Assembly (NCBI GenBank): GCA_022706785.1
Contig: JAKJBW010000006.1
Location: 11,306 to 75,305, forward strand
DNA length: 64,000 nucleotides
Direction of reading: 5' to 3'
Source of the DNA: Bacillota bacterium
GTDB lineage: Bacteria; Bacillota; Clostridia; UBA1381; UMGS1253
The notes below the pieces were generated by a model. It had not been told where the DNA came from and ran no database searches. It saw nothing but the letters and a program-made list of their open reading frames with translations. Position 1 is the stretch's first letter, and each line of letters starts with the position of its first letter. The translations under genes were made by a program, and so were the position numbers. Below, piece by piece: positions 18,204 through 28,594 of the stretch.

Positions 18204-19664
18204 ATGGACGATACAAGGTTTGTGTTTTCTTTTTTGAAAAACATAAAGCGCACCATTGAGCTGCATAAGCTTTTTAAAGCGGGAGAGCGCGTGCTGGTAG
18301 GCGTTTCGGGCGGGGCCGACTCCGTCTGCCTTCTGCACGCTTTGCACCGCCTTGCGTCCGAATATGGCATCACCCTGTTTGCCGTGCATGTCAACCACTG
18401 CCTGCGCGCCGGGCAATCGGACGCGGACCAGGACTTTACCGCCGCGCTGTGTGCGCGGCTGGGCGTGCCGTTTTTTGCAAAACGCGTCAGCGTGGCCGAG
18501 CATGCGGCGGCGATTAAGCAGAGTGTTGAGGCTGCTGCACACCATCTGCGCTATGACGCTTTTTTTTCATTGGCCAAGGATATGCATTTGGATAAAATCG
18601 CAATAGCACACAACAAAAACGACAATGCCGAAACCGTGCTTGCCGCTATGCTGCGGGGGAGCGGCACGCGTGGACGCAGCGGGCTTGCCCCAAAACGCCC
18701 TGATGGCATTGTGCGCCCGCTGATTGAAATCCCCCGTGCCGATATTGAACGTTTTTTGGCAGTCATAGGCGAGACATACGTTACGGACTGTACCAACAGT
18801 CAGATGTGCTGCACGCGCAATAAACTGCGCGCAGAGCTGATTCCCCATCTAGCGGAGCACTATAATCCCAATATCGTCGACACCTTGGCGCGCACAGCGG
18901 TCTTGTCGGCTGCGGATGAGGATTATATGGATACTATAGCACGGCAAGCGGCGCAGGGTTTGCTGGGGATAAACGACGATGACGTGACACTTAGTGTTTC
19001 AGAGCTGCTCTCCCTTCACCGGGCCATTGCCGCGCGCGTGGTCCGTATCGCAGCAGGGCAGGTAATACCGGGCGGCGAGCGCGGCGTGTCGTTTGACGCT
19101 GTGGCGCGGTGTATGCGGCTGGCGTGCTCTGTGTGCGGCGGAGGTGCGGAAGATATCGGCGGCGGTGCAGTGGTCGTGCGCGAGCACCGCCTTGTGAGAT
19201 TCATGCCAAAGCAAAGCAAACCGCTTTCCCAAGATGGGTGCAAGTCCGATTATTGCTATGTTCTCGAGCCTGACGGCACGGTTTTTGTGCCTGAGGCGGA
19301 TGTGGTGTTTTCAGCTGAGCTGCGGAAATCTGCCCCACAAAAAGATTTCCTGGACCATAAAAAAGAAAAAGATACCGAAAGCTTTGATTATAATTTGATA
19401 AAAGGGAAAATATATATAAGAAACAGAAAGCCGGGCGATCTGTTTTCGCCTTACGGAAACCGCGGCACAAAAAAACTGGGCGATTATTTCACCGACACGA
19501 AGGTGACACCCTCGCAGCGCGATAGCATCCCTTTGGTGTGCGATGACGACCATATTCTCTGGGCAGCTGGGTACAGACGAAGCGCACACGCCTGTGTCAA
19601 TGAAACAACAGAACAAATTTTGACCATACGTTTTTCAGTGAAAAGGGGGGATAATCATGCATGA
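18204..19664 (+). CDS. tilS: tRNA(Ile)-lysidine synthase
   Basis: PP-loop VGVSGGADSVCLLHAL, with the conserved tilS-hpt-ftsH order. Confidence 0.9.
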   Translation: MDDTRFVFSFLKNIKRTIELHKLFKAGERVLVGVSGGADSVCLLHALHRLASEYGITLFAVHVNHCLRAGQSDADQDFTAALCARLGVPFFAKRVSVAEHAAAIKQSVEAAAHHLRYDAFFSLAKDMHLDKIAIAHNKNDNAETVLAAMLRGSGTRGRSGLAPKRPDGIVRPLIEIPRADIERFLAVIGETYVTDCTNSQMCCTRNKLRAELIPHLAEHYNPNIVDTLARTAVLSAADEDYMDTIARQAAQGLLGINDDDVTLSVSELLSLHRAIAARVVRIAAGQVIPGGERGVSFDAVARCMRLACSVCGGGAEDIGGGAVVVREHRLVRFMPKQSKPLSQDGCKSDYCYVLEPDGTVFVPEADVVFSAELRKSAPQKDFLDHKKEKDTESFDYNLIKGKIYIRNRKPGDLFSPYGNRGTKKLGDYFTDTKVTPSQRDSIPLVCDDDHILWAAGYRRSAHACVNETTEQILTIRFSVKRGDNHA

Positions 19665-20202
19665 GGATGTGGAAAGGATCCTTCTGACTGCCCAAGAGCT
19701 GGACACAAAGGTAAGCGAAATGGCTGCGCGTATCAGCACAGACTATCAGGGCAAAGAAATTCTGCTCATAACGCTCTTAAAGGGTGGCGTGATGTTTGCG
19801 GTAGACCTCATGCGCAAGCTGACGGTGCCCGTGGAGATCGATTTTATGGATGTGTCCAGCTATGGCGCAGACGCTAAAACGTCGGGCGTGGTGAGGATAG
19901 AAAAAGACCTTGACAGCCCGATAGCGGGCAAGCATGTGCTTTTGGTGGAGGATATTGTTGATTCGGGGCTGACGCTTAAATATGTGAGCACACTTCTGCG
20001 TGACCGAAACCCGGCGAGCCTTCGGATATGCACCATTTTAAATAAGCCCATGCGCCGGAAGACGCAAATAGACGCAGATTACATAGGCTTTGATATTCCC
20101 GACGAGTTTGTGGTGGGCTATGGGCTTGACTATGCCCAAAAGCATCGCAATCTGCCGTATGTGGGCGTTTTGAAGCGCGAGATTTATGCCCAAGGGAAGT
20201 AG
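19657..20202 (+). CDS. hpt: Hypoxanthine phosphoribosyltransferase
   Basis: 181 aa with the PRPP-binding loop VLLVEDIVDSGLTL and FVVGYGLDY. It overlaps the tilS stop by 8 nt. Confidence 0.9.
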   Translation: MHEDVERILLTAQELDTKVSEMAARISTDYQGKEILLITLLKGGVMFAVDLMRKLTVPVEIDFMDVSSYGADAKTSGVVRIEKDLDSPIAGKHVLLVEDIVDSGLTLKYVSTLLRDRNPASLRICTILNKPMRRKTQIDADYIGFDIPDEFVVGYGLDYAQKHRNLPYVGVLKREIYAQGK

Positions 20203-20417
20203 GACATACATACCGTAAAAGGTGGCTGCATACGAAAATTTATAACAAATCATGAACATTTTGCAAAGGCTGTTGTAATTATGCAAGGTTTATGGTAACA
20301 TATGCGTTGAATCACGTTGATCGGGCGGATGTATCCCCTGCGTCCGAGGGACGAAATGGTGTGATATGCTTTTTAAAAGGGCTCTCCTGCCCGTTCACAT
20401 GATGAGGAGTTGATTAT

Positions 20418-22382
20418 TTGAAAAAATACATGAAGTCTGTAAGCTTTTATGTGCTGCTTTTTGCGGTGCTGCTTTTGCTTGCGTATATGCTGTCCTCCAT
20501 GCAGACGACGGTGACTAAGCGGGTGTATTCGGATCTGTTTCGCGAAATAGAGGCGGGCAGGGTAGTCGAGCTTGTGGTAGCCGACAACAAAGCCTACGCA
20601 AAACTGTCCGAGCCCATTAAGACCATAGACGCAAACGGCAAGCAGGTCGCAGATAAAGTGGATCAGATAGAGGTAGATATCCCTGATTCGGAAGTATTTG
20701 AAGCGGATTTGGGCGACGTTATCCGCGCACAGATGCGGGAAGGAAAAATAAAATATGAAACCCAGGTGCCCAAAACAACGCCGTGGTGGGCGACGTTGCT
20801 GCCCATTTTAGGAACGGCTGCGCTGCTTGTGTTTGTTTACGTTTTCTTCATGCAGCAGGCACAGGGCGGCGGCAAGGCTATGTCGTTCGGCAAGAGCAGG
20901 GCAAAGATCGTCAGTGAGGATAAAAAGAAGACTACGTTTTCCGATGTCGCCGGCGCGGATGAGGAAAAGGCCGAACTGGAAGAGATCGTCGATTTTCTCA
21001 AATACCCCAGGCGCTTTATGGAGCTTGGTGCGCGCATTCCGCACGGCGTTTTGCTTATCGGTCCTCCGGGCACAGGCAAGACGCTCTTGGCAAGAGCGGT
21101 TGCCGGGGAGGCAGGCGTGCCGTTCTTCAGCATATCGGGCTCTGATTTTGTGGAAATGTTCGTGGGCGTAGGCGCGTCGCGTGTGCGTGATTTGTTTGAG
21201 CAGGCCAAAAAGTCCAGCCCATGTATCGTTTTTATAGATGAAATTGACGCCGTAGGCCGGCACCGCGGAGCGGGCATGGGCGGCGGCCACGACGAGCGTG
21301 AACAGACGCTCAACCAGCTTTTGGTGGAGATGGATGGCTTTGGCGACAATGCTGGCGTTATCATCCTTGCGGCAACCAACCGTCCCGATATTCTTGATCC
21401 GGCGCTGCTGCGCCCGGGCCGCTTCGATCGCCAGATCGTGGTGGGTACGCCCGATGTGCGCGGCAGGGAAGAAATTTTGCGGGTGCATTCGCGCGGCAAG
21501 CCGCTGGATTCGGATGTCAAGCTGTCGGTGATCGCCAAGACCACTGCGGGCTTCACCGGCGCTGATCTTGAAAATCTGATGAATGAGGCGGCGCTCCTGG
21601 CTGCCCGTCAGGATGCCAAAACCATAACCCTGCGCCATCTGGAGGATGCCATGATCAAGGTGGTCATGGGTACTGAAAAGAAATCCAGGGTCATTTCGGA
21701 TCACGAAAAGAAGCTCACCGCATACCATGAGGCGGGGCACGCGGTTATATCAAGGCTTCTGCCCACGCAGGATCCCGTGCATGAGGTTTCCATCATACCG
21801 CGCGGTATGGCCGGCGGTTACACCATGCACCTGCCGAGCGAGGACAAATGGTATGCCTCCAAGAAAGAAATGTATGAGGATATCATGTCGCTGCTGGGCG
21901 GGCGTGTGGCGGAAAAGCTGATGCTTGACGATATCAGCACAGGCGCCTCAAATGATATTGAACGTGCCACCAATGCTGCCCGCAAGATGGTTACGCGCTA
22001 CGGCATGAGTGATGTGATCGGGCCCATAAACTACGGGACGACGCAGGAGGTATTCATTGGCCGCGATCTGACACAGAGCAGAAATATCAGCGAGCATGTG
22101 GCCGCGGAAATTGATGAGGAGATAAAGAACATTATTCAGACCTGCTACCAGAAATGTGAGCAGATGCTTACGGAGCATTCAGAGACCCTCACGCGTGTGG
22201 CTAATATGCTGCTAGAGAAAGAAAAGATTACCGGTGAGGAATTTGAGCAGATATTCAAAAATGCTGCTGAGCCTGCCATGACCCCTGCTCCGACGCAGGA
22301 GGCGGACGGCTCTGCATCCGGACTTGAAAATCTACAGGGTGACAGCCATGAGGTATCGGAGCAGGACCGGAGTGACAGCTGA
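20418..22382 (+). CDS. ftsH: ATP-dependent zinc metalloprotease FtsH
   Basis: Two TM helices, AAA+ Walker [15 protein letters not shown], and the zinc site HEAGHAV. Confidence 0.95.
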   Translation: MKKYMKSVSFYVLLFAVLLLLAYMLSSMQTTVTKRVYSDLFREIEAGRVVELVVADNKAYAKLSEPIKTIDANGKQVADKVDQIEVDIPDSEVFEADLGDVIRAQMREGKIKYETQVPKTTPWWATLLPILGTAALLVFVYVFFMQQAQGGGKAMSFGKSRAKIVSEDKKKTTFSDVAGADEEKAELEEIVDFLKYPRRFMELGARIPHGVLLIGPPGTGKTLLARAVAGEAGVPFFSISGSDFVEMFVGVGASRVRDLFEQAKKSSPCIVFIDEIDAVGRHRGAGMGGGHDEREQTLNQLLVEMDGFGDNAGVIILAATNRPDILDPALLRPGRFDRQIVVGTPDVRGREEILRVHSRGKPLDSDVKLSVIAKTTAGFTGADLENLMNEAALLAARQDAKTITLRHLEDAMIKVVMGTEKKSRVISDHEKKLTAYHEAGHAVISRLLPTQDPVHEVSIIPRGMAGGYTMHLPSEDKWYASKKEMYEDIMSLLGGRVAEKLMLDDISTGASNDIERATNAARKMVTRYGMSDVIGPINYGTTQEVFIGRDLTQSRNISEHVAAEIDEEIKNIIQTCYQKCEQMLTEHSETLTRVANMLLEKEKITGEEFEQIFKNAAEPAMTPAPTQEADGSASGLENLQGDSHEVSEQDRSDS

Positions 22383-22466
22383 GTTGATTGTTGTCCTGTC
22401 AGTTGGATTATCTGTAGAATAAAGAATAAAAAAGTACATGGCGTCAATCGCGAAAGGAGAACCAAT

Positions 22467-22670
22467 ATGAATCAAATTACAAAAGAAACCATTATTGCGG
22501 ATGTTTTAAGGATGGATCCTTCCACTGCCCAATATTTTCTGGAAATCGGCATGCATTGTCTCGGGTGTCCGTCGGCGAGCGGTGAAAGCATTGAAGAGGC
22601 GTGCATGGTGCACGGCGCCGATGCCGACGCGCTGATAGAAAAAATCAATGCGCATTTGGCTGACGCTTAA
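22467..22670 (+). CDS. DUF1858 / hybrid-cluster-protein-associated redox disulfide domain protein
   Basis: The 67-aa sequence TIIADVLRMDPSTAQYFLEIGMHCLGCPSASGESIEEACMVHG matches the CxxC-containing DUF1858 pattern. Confidence 0.7.
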   Translation: MNQITKETIIADVLRMDPSTAQYFLEIGMHCLGCPSASGESIEEACMVHGADADALIEKINAHLADA

Positions 22671-22762
22671 GTGAGCCTGTGTCAAAGATTTGCGTTTGTG
22701 AAGGGCAGGGTCCGCACGGATTTCCACCTCTTAACGCATGGTATTTTCCACACTTGAATTGG

Positions 22763-22789
22763 GGGCGGAGCTGATTCCGCCCTTTCTTT
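22763..22789 (+). terminator. Intrinsic terminator
   Basis: GGGCGGA-6 nt-TCCGCCC followed by TTTCTTT. Confidence 0.6.
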
Positions 22790-22876
22790 AAAAGCGGAGC
22801 AAACATATTGTGTATAAAGGGCGCAACGGCAGCTGCGACATGAGATTTTCTTTTGTTGGCGGGAGGAGCGGCACGG

Positions 22877-24136
22877 GTGAATAATACTGTAAAGCGCACG
22901 TTTTTTCACATTGGCAGACTTTTTGCAGATGCCGAGCTGACACGCGATCAGCGAACGCTTATCGCCATTATTACCCTGCTGTTCTTTGGCAACGGGTTTT
23001 CGGGGACGTTTGTCAATACGTTTTTATATGCATCGGACGGTGGGCTTAACAGTGTTCTTGTTTACAATATATATAATTATTGTGGTGTTGTAGGTGCGGC
23101 TTTTATCGTGGCCTTTATAGGGCGCACTATTACCATGAAAAATTGCCTTATTTTAGGCATGTGCTTTTTTTCGGCGGTATATGCGCTGCTTTTATGCCTG
23201 CGTGAGGCTGCCTCAGGCTATGTGTGGCTGATAGGGCTTCTCACGGCACTGGCATCGGCATTTTTCCATATCCCCCATGCTTCGCTGGTATTCCAGCGTA
23301 CCGACAACCGGATACGCGATCTGTATTTTTCGCGGCAGGGCATTTTTACCATGATAGGCGTGCTTGTGGCGCCGTTTATAGCAGGTTATGCGATCGACAT
23401 GATAGGGGGCACGAGGGGCTATTTGTTCATGTTTTCGCTGTCGCTGTTGATGTATATTATTGCGGGCATAATCGCCCTGCGTCTGGAGCGGACGCGCACC
23501 GGCGGCAATTCGCGCAATTTTTTGTTTTTAACCTTGAGGCTGGTGGTTGTGAGGCGCAACTACCGCGCTGTTGCCTTGGCAAGTGTTCTGCGCGGCATAA
23601 GAGAGGGTACAATGTGGGTGCTCACAGGGACGCTGCTGTTTGCCATATCCAATAATGCTACGGTCGGCATATACAGCTTTGTTACAGCGGGTTTGATCGT
23701 TATTTCCCTGTATGCCGTACAACGGGTATTAAGGCCGCATAATCGCAGCGCATGGCTTTTGCTTGCCACATCGTTTATGGCTTTTAGCACGCTTTTATTC
23801 CTGTTCGGACTGACAACAACGATATTTTTTGTTTTTGGTGTACTGATATCGTTTGGCATGGCGTTTTTCAACACGATTACGGCAAGCATTTACTGTCATG
23901 TGACAAGCAGTCTGCCTGCGAGCAACCGGCGCAGCCTGGAAGGCATGGCTATTCAGGAGATCATGCTCAATGTGGGGCGCGGGATGTCCATGATAGCTAT
24001 CCTGCTGCTGCCGCATACACAGCTCTTTTTGATATATGCTATGATCGTAGCCGGATTTTTGCAGCTTGCAACATGGTTTTTTTATGCGCGTGCAGAAAAG
24101 TATACCTGTCCGGAGTGTACGCATGACGATTATTAA
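22877..24136 (+). CDS. MFS-type transporter (paralog of 26559..27836)
   Basis: About 12 hydrophobic segments. Start moved to the in-frame GTG at 22877, 8 nt after GGGAGGAG. The N-terminus (LTRDQRTLIAIITLLFFGNGFSGTFVNTFLY) aligns with LTRDQKNLLYAMTLFFIATGISSVFVNTFLY of the second copy. Confidence 0.65.
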   Translation: MNNTVKRTFFHIGRLFADAELTRDQRTLIAIITLLFFGNGFSGTFVNTFLYASDGGLNSVLVYNIYNYCGVVGAAFIVAFIGRTITMKNCLILGMCFFSAVYALLLCLREAASGYVWLIGLLTALASAFFHIPHASLVFQRTDNRIRDLYFSRQGIFTMIGVLVAPFIAGYAIDMIGGTRGYLFMFSLSLLMYIIAGIIALRLERTRTGGNSRNFLFLTLRLVVVRRNYRAVALASVLRGIREGTMWVLTGTLLFAISNNATVGIYSFVTAGLIVISLYAVQRVLRPHNRSAWLLLATSFMAFSTLLFLFGLTTTIFFVFGVLISFGMAFFNTITASIYCHVTSSLPASNRRSLEGMAIQEIMLNVGRGMSMIAILLLPHTQLFLIYAMIVAGFLQLATWFFYARAEKYTCPECTHDDY

Positions 24137-24241
24137 TAAACTGAGGACGGATTTTGTACACATAAGCTTTTGTAGCTCATGCGGGGCTACATAGACTTAA
24201 CATGATGGGCATACGAAGCAGGCGATTTAGGAGGGGGTCTT

Positions 24242-26305
24242 ATGAAGCGTCCTGATATATACAAACATCAAACCCGGATCACCGTTTGGATACTCACCAT
24301 AAGCTTTATTTTAGCAGGCAACTTTTTCATCTTATTTCATCTGTCCAAGGAACATTACATCTATTTTTGGGATATCTCAGGCTATTGGATTTCGGGCATT
24401 GAGTTTGCAAAGGTATTATTTTCGTCGCCTTTAGAAGCCTTGGGCAAGCTCTACCACAGTATACTGGAATCAGATTATAACCTGCTCCCTGCCGTTTTGC
24501 TTTCAACAGTGGTGAAAGTGGTTTCGGCAAGTCATAGGGTGTATACGCTTGCCGTATACAATCTGTATGTTGTGCCGTTTGTCTGTATATTGTTGATTTT
24601 TTACCGTAAAATTCTGTTGGACAATCATGTGTATTCCGCCGTGAAAATGTTGTTCGGGTGTATTTTTCTGCTGCTTTATACCGCATTGCTTACGCCGGTG
24701 CTTTTTGGATATTTGGACGCGGTAGGTTTAGGTGTTATTGCTGCCATTTTGATACTGGTTTACCGAAGCGGCTTTAAAACATTTAAAAGTTCAGACGCTT
24801 TACTCATCACGTTTTTGCTTGTGCTGCTCACGCTGCTCAGACGTTGGTACCTGTTTTGGGTGGTAGGCTTTTTTGTTGCTGTCGGTGTGGTGTATTTGAT
24901 TAAAATGATTTTAGAAAAGGACTACGCACCTGGACAGATATTGCGCAAAGCTTTCATGTTTTTATCCATAGGCGCTGGATATCTGCTGATACTGTCAGTA
25001 TTTTTCACCAGGTTTTTGATAAGAGCGCTGAAAAATAATTTTCAGGATGCTTATAAAGCATATAATGGGGGAGACCTGGTCTATAACATTACGCACCTTT
25101 TCGGGTTTTTCAGCATCATAGTCATGCTTTTTGTTTTAGCGGGCGCTATCGCTTTGCTGATGCGCAAAAAAAGCAGGGACTTTGGCATATTTCTTGTCGT
25201 GCAAGCATTTGTGGTTTTCTTTTTGTTCACAAGAGTACAGAGCTTTGGCTCGCAGCATGTCTATCTCTTTGTGCCGTCTTTTGCCATACTTGCCTTCTGC
25301 GGCATATGCTTTACGTTAGACTGCATTAAACGGTCCTTGCCGAGGGCTTTGGGCTATGTTCTCGCAGCGGCCTTGCTGTTTGTTAATTTCTACTATGTCT
25401 ATATCGGTGACAATAAGGTCACCGATGCCCTCAAGCCGGTTTTATCACAGGAAACACTCAGACCGAGAGTGATGAATGATATTGACGAAATCAGGGATAT
25501 GGCCGGCTATCTCACATCTTTGACACAGGATTCCGGCAAGACAGTCTATGTCCTTGCAAGCTCGTTTGTTATAAACGATGAGATATTGGGTAATTCAAAA
25601 TTGCCATATGAAAGATATGCGGTGATCGGGCTTCTTGCGACCAACCATGTGGACAGGCGTGACGGATTCCCTAATCATTTCCTTCTGGCGGATTATATCG
25701 TGGTGGCCGATCCCGTTCAGTATCATCTAAAGCAGTCCGAGCAGCAGGTTGTGGGGGCGATTGCACAGGAGCTTGTGCATAACACGCCCGATAACCTGAC
25801 CTTGTTAAAAACTTACGCCTTAGACAAGGGTGTTACCGCTAAGGTTTATCAGAGAACAGGGCCTTATGCGCTTCAGTTTTTGGATGCTTTAAGCACGATA
25901 TTTTATACAAGCTATCCCGATTACCCCAGCCTGAACACCATCAGCCGCTTTTATGGCCGGCTCAAAGATATCCGTACAACCGATGCGGAGGGCATGGTAA
26001 GCTATACCGGGCAAAGCGATATTGTTATGCAAGTGGGCAAGACCGGTCATACCGCTTTTACCCTAGATAACCAAAAGCTTTTTAAAAGGCTTAAATTTAA
26101 GGCATGCACCGGCACAGCCGCGCCATATAGCGCAGGGGTCGGCCTGAGAATATATGACGGGGACAATCTGCTCTGCGACGATGTTATTCTTTCGGAGCAC
26201 GACTATGATATTGATATTTCGGACAAAGACAGCTTAAGGTTTATTATTTACGGAAATGATAGTGGAATCGCTAAGATAATTCTTAAAGACATACAGATGG
26301 AGTAA
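24242..26305 (+). CDS. Polytopic membrane protein with C-terminal extracytoplasmic domain (GT-C-like glycosyltransferase candidate)
   Basis: 687 aa with about 11-13 TM segments in the first ~390 aa, then a ~290-aa soluble domain. The architecture resembles ArnT/PMT/YfhO-type GT-C enzymes, but I recognise no diagnostic motif. Confidence 0.45.
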   Translation: MKRPDIYKHQTRITVWILTISFILAGNFFILFHLSKEHYIYFWDISGYWISGIEFAKVLFSSPLEALGKLYHSILESDYNLLPAVLLSTVVKVVSASHRVYTLAVYNLYVVPFVCILLIFYRKILLDNHVYSAVKMLFGCIFLLLYTALLTPVLFGYLDAVGLGVIAAILILVYRSGFKTFKSSDALLITFLLVLLTLLRRWYLFWVVGFFVAVGVVYLIKMILEKDYAPGQILRKAFMFLSIGAGYLLILSVFFTRFLIRALKNNFQDAYKAYNGGDLVYNITHLFGFFSIIVMLFVLAGAIALLMRKKSRDFGIFLVVQAFVVFFLFTRVQSFGSQHVYLFVPSFAILAFCGICFTLDCIKRSLPRALGYVLAAALLFVNFYYVYIGDNKVTDALKPVLSQETLRPRVMNDIDEIRDMAGYLTSLTQDSGKTVYVLASSFVINDEILGNSKLPYERYAVIGLLATNHVDRRDGFPNHFLLADYIVVADPVQYHLKQSEQQVVGAIAQELVHNTPDNLTLLKTYALDKGVTAKVYQRTGPYALQFLDALSTIFYTSYPDYPSLNTISRFYGRLKDIRTTDAEGMVSYTGQSDIVMQVGKTGHTAFTLDNQKLFKRLKFKACTGTAAPYSAGVGLRIYDGDNLLCDDVILSEHDYDIDISDKDSLRFIIYGNDSGIAKIILKDIQME

Positions 26306-26337
26306 TATTTGCAGGGAGTTGATTGCGGCCCTGGGAT

Positions 26338-26495
26338 ATTGCTCCTCCGCTTAAATATTGCCGAAAAATCAGAGAGGAATTTCGCCGGCAGGAAAGGCGG
26401 AAGGCGCAGCTTTGCTGGCGCAAAGCAAGGATGACAACAGGGCATGACGGCGAAATAACCGTTTAGATGAGGAAATATTTAATTGGGGGAGCAAT
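26338..26495 (+). repeat. 158-nt structured intergenic element, copy A
   Basis: Colinear with 62108..62265 with no gaps (134/158 identical by manual count). A 22-nt 5' arm ATTGCTCCTCCGCTTAAATATT pairs with the 3' arm AATATTTAATTGGGGGAGCAAT. Internal hairpins include GCTTTGC-TGGC-GCAAAGC. Confidence 0.7.
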
Positions 26496-26558
26496 AAAAA
26501 CAGCATGCAAAAACAGAGGTGGATTAAGGCATGCAACGTTTGAAGGGGGAGTTTTGCC

Positions 26559-27836
26559 ATGAAAAGACTGGGGAGTCTGTCAGGCGGCCTTTTCGGCAGC
26601 CGGCTTTTAACGCGTGACCAGAAAAATCTTTTGTACGCAATGACGCTATTCTTTATTGCAACAGGCATTTCAAGCGTTTTTGTCAATACTTTTTTGTACG
26701 TTGCCGGTTCGGATGCAGACAGTACGCATACATTGTCCGGAATCACGCTGGTTGTGGTGTACAATCTTTTCTTCTTTGCTTCGGCATGTGTATTTTCAGG
26801 TGTGAGCGGCATGCTGGTAAGGATAGTTCCGGGCTTGCGGATGTGCGCGGGTTTGATTTTGAATGCAGCGCTCTACTTCCTTTTGCTGCTTTATCGTGAG
26901 GAGGTCTTGTCCGTCACATGGCTGTTGGGTATTTTAGGCGGGGCAGGGATAGCCTGTTATAATATAGCCTATAATGCTGCTGTAAATGATTTGACAGATG
27001 GGCGGGGGCGCGACTGTTATGTTGGCTTTCAGTATATTGTTACAGCGGTTTTGGGACTTGTTGCGCCACTAGGGGCGGGTTTGGTATTGGGAACGACAGA
27101 CGGCGTGCGTGGTTACCAGTCTATTTTCACCGTATCGCTTCTGCTATTTATTGCAGCCACAGTGATGGCCGCAAAGCTGCCGCGCTCTGCAAGGATGAGG
27201 AACAAACGCGGTTTTGTCCGTATACTTGCAAGGTCGGTTTCAAACAGCGCTTTTGCCAGCGCAGCAGTTGCTGAAATGCTTCACGGTATGCACAGCGGTG
27301 TGGTGACATTCTTAGCGCCCGTACTTTTGATGACCATAGGCGCGCCTATTCAGATGATAGGCGTATATGTGCTGGTCTGTGCGGCGCTTGGGCTTGCGGG
27401 AGGATTTGTGATACGTCATGTGCTGAGCGCGGCCAAGGATTTTCGCCGCCTTATGCTTGCCGCAGTTACTGCGGCCGTTTCACCGCTTTTCCTGCTGGCA
27501 GGTATAAATTCAATGTCCATATTTGCGGTAGGCATACTTACGTCCGCTACTTTTGCTTTTTTCATAGAACCATCCTGTATGATTTATCATCGTGTGGTGG
27601 GCGCACTGTCCGACGGCCCGAGGCGGGCGGCGGACGGAAACGCTGTGCGCGATTTTTATTTAAACCTTGGCAGAATGGCGGGAGCGGCCGTACTTTTGAT
27701 CGTTTCCAAAGAAATGATGCATATCGTATATGCGTTGATAGCACTGGGGATATTGCAGCTTGCGGCGCCGGTTCTTTACGGATATGCGGACAAAAAAGCT
27801 TTGCGTATTGTGGCGCAAAAGCAGCAAGCGGTCTAA
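26559..27836 (+). CDS. MFS-type transporter (paralog of 22877..24136)
   Basis: 425 aa with about 12 hydrophobic segments, GGGGGAG RBS, and the shared N-terminal motif noted for the first copy. Confidence 0.65.
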   Translation: MKRLGSLSGGLFGSRLLTRDQKNLLYAMTLFFIATGISSVFVNTFLYVAGSDADSTHTLSGITLVVVYNLFFFASACVFSGVSGMLVRIVPGLRMCAGLILNAALYFLLLLYREEVLSVTWLLGILGGAGIACYNIAYNAAVNDLTDGRGRDCYVGFQYIVTAVLGLVAPLGAGLVLGTTDGVRGYQSIFTVSLLLFIAATVMAAKLPRSARMRNKRGFVRILARSVSNSAFASAAVAEMLHGMHSGVVTFLAPVLLMTIGAPIQMIGVYVLVCAALGLAGGFVIRHVLSAAKDFRRLMLAAVTAAVSPLFLLAGINSMSIFAVGILTSATFAFFIEPSCMIYHRVVGALSDGPRRAADGNAVRDFYLNLGRMAGAAVLLIVSKEMMHIVYALIALGILQLAAPVLYGYADKKALRIVAQKQQAV

Positions 27837-28094
27837 GAAGATTCAGCAGAAGCATAGTCGGATTTGCCGCTTTGGATAACATGTTTATCTTTAGGGAGCA
27901 TCAAGGCGGCATTGCCTGTTACAACGCGTATATGAAATAAAGGTAGACAATATATTGAAAATGTAGTATACTATTTGAGATATCTTTTTTGTTTTTTATG
28001 GAAAGATCTTTTCGCAAGTGATCAGGATACGGGCATGGCGAAACGTGAATATGTGTTTTGTACGTTGCTTTGTGTCTAGTAAGGAGGGATAAAA

Positions 28095-28493
28095 ATGGTC
28101 GAAAAGAAAGCATCCAAAAAAGCCGAAGCATCCGAGCCAACGCCTGAAGCTTTAGCGTCCGCTCTCCAGCAGGAGGCTGGTGAGTCTAAGCCTAAGGCAA
28201 AGTCCAAAGTTAAGGCAAAGCTTTTGATGTATAAGGGCAAGCCGTTTGTGCGGCAGGGCAACGTCATCTATTATGGCAATCCCACAGATAAATATATTGT
28301 TACCTTTACGCTGGAGGACTTCAAGCAAGTCAAGGATTTGCAAGTTGCGCAGCATGTGACCATTGTGCTTCAGAAAAATGACGAATACTTAAGCCAGAAA
28401 AATAAAATGATCAAAAAGGCGGAGCGCGACTGCCTGTGGTCGGCAATTGATATCGGCGCGTTTTGGCTGGAGGATGCGCTTGAGCAAGGTTAA
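28095..28493 (+). CDS. Hypothetical protein (Lys/Ala/Glu-rich disordered N-terminus, conserved-looking C-terminal domain)
   Basis: 132-aa ORF with AAGGAGGG RBS followed by a strong terminator. No family recognised. Confidence 0.5.
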   Translation: MVEKKASKKAEASEPTPEALASALQQEAGESKPKAKSKVKAKLLMYKGKPFVRQGNVIYYGNPTDKYIVTFTLEDFKQVKDLQVAQHVTIVLQKNDEYLSQKNKMIKKAERDCLWSAIDIGAFWLEDALEQG

Positions 28494-28530
28494 ACGTATA
28501 GCTGATGGCAATTGTTAAATATCAAAATAA

Positions 28531-28560
28531 AAAGGCTGCCCGTTATGGGGCGGCCTTTTA
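28531..28560. terminator. Bidirectional intrinsic terminator between convergent genes
   Basis: AGGCTGCCC-6 nt-GGGCGGCCT (9 bp, one G-U) flanked by an A-run and a T-run. Confidence 0.7.
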
Positions 28561-28594
28561 TATATATACACTTTTTCTGCTTAGGTTTTATTTC

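Noticed and set aside
20808-21740. Long antisense ORFs inside confident genes: 310 aa and 239 aa opposite ftsH, 320 aa opposite the adhesin gene (8916..9878), 246 aa opposite the HD-GYP gene (37385..38125), 254 aa opposite the 12-TM gene (50279..51043), and 244 aa opposite tsaC (59216..59950).
   Set aside because: They are shadow ORFs. Their products are low-complexity Arg/Ala/His-rich sequences with no recognisable motifs, and the opposite-strand proteins have unambiguous conserved signatures.
26338-26495. I attempted to assign the 158-nt element to known classes: ydaO/c-di-AMP, c-di-GMP-I/II, T-box, glycine, SAM, ykkC/mini-ykkC, ZTP, fluoride, 6S, SRP and tmRNA.
   Set aside because: None of the hallmark conserved boxes of these families is present, so it is left unassigned pending a covariance-model search.
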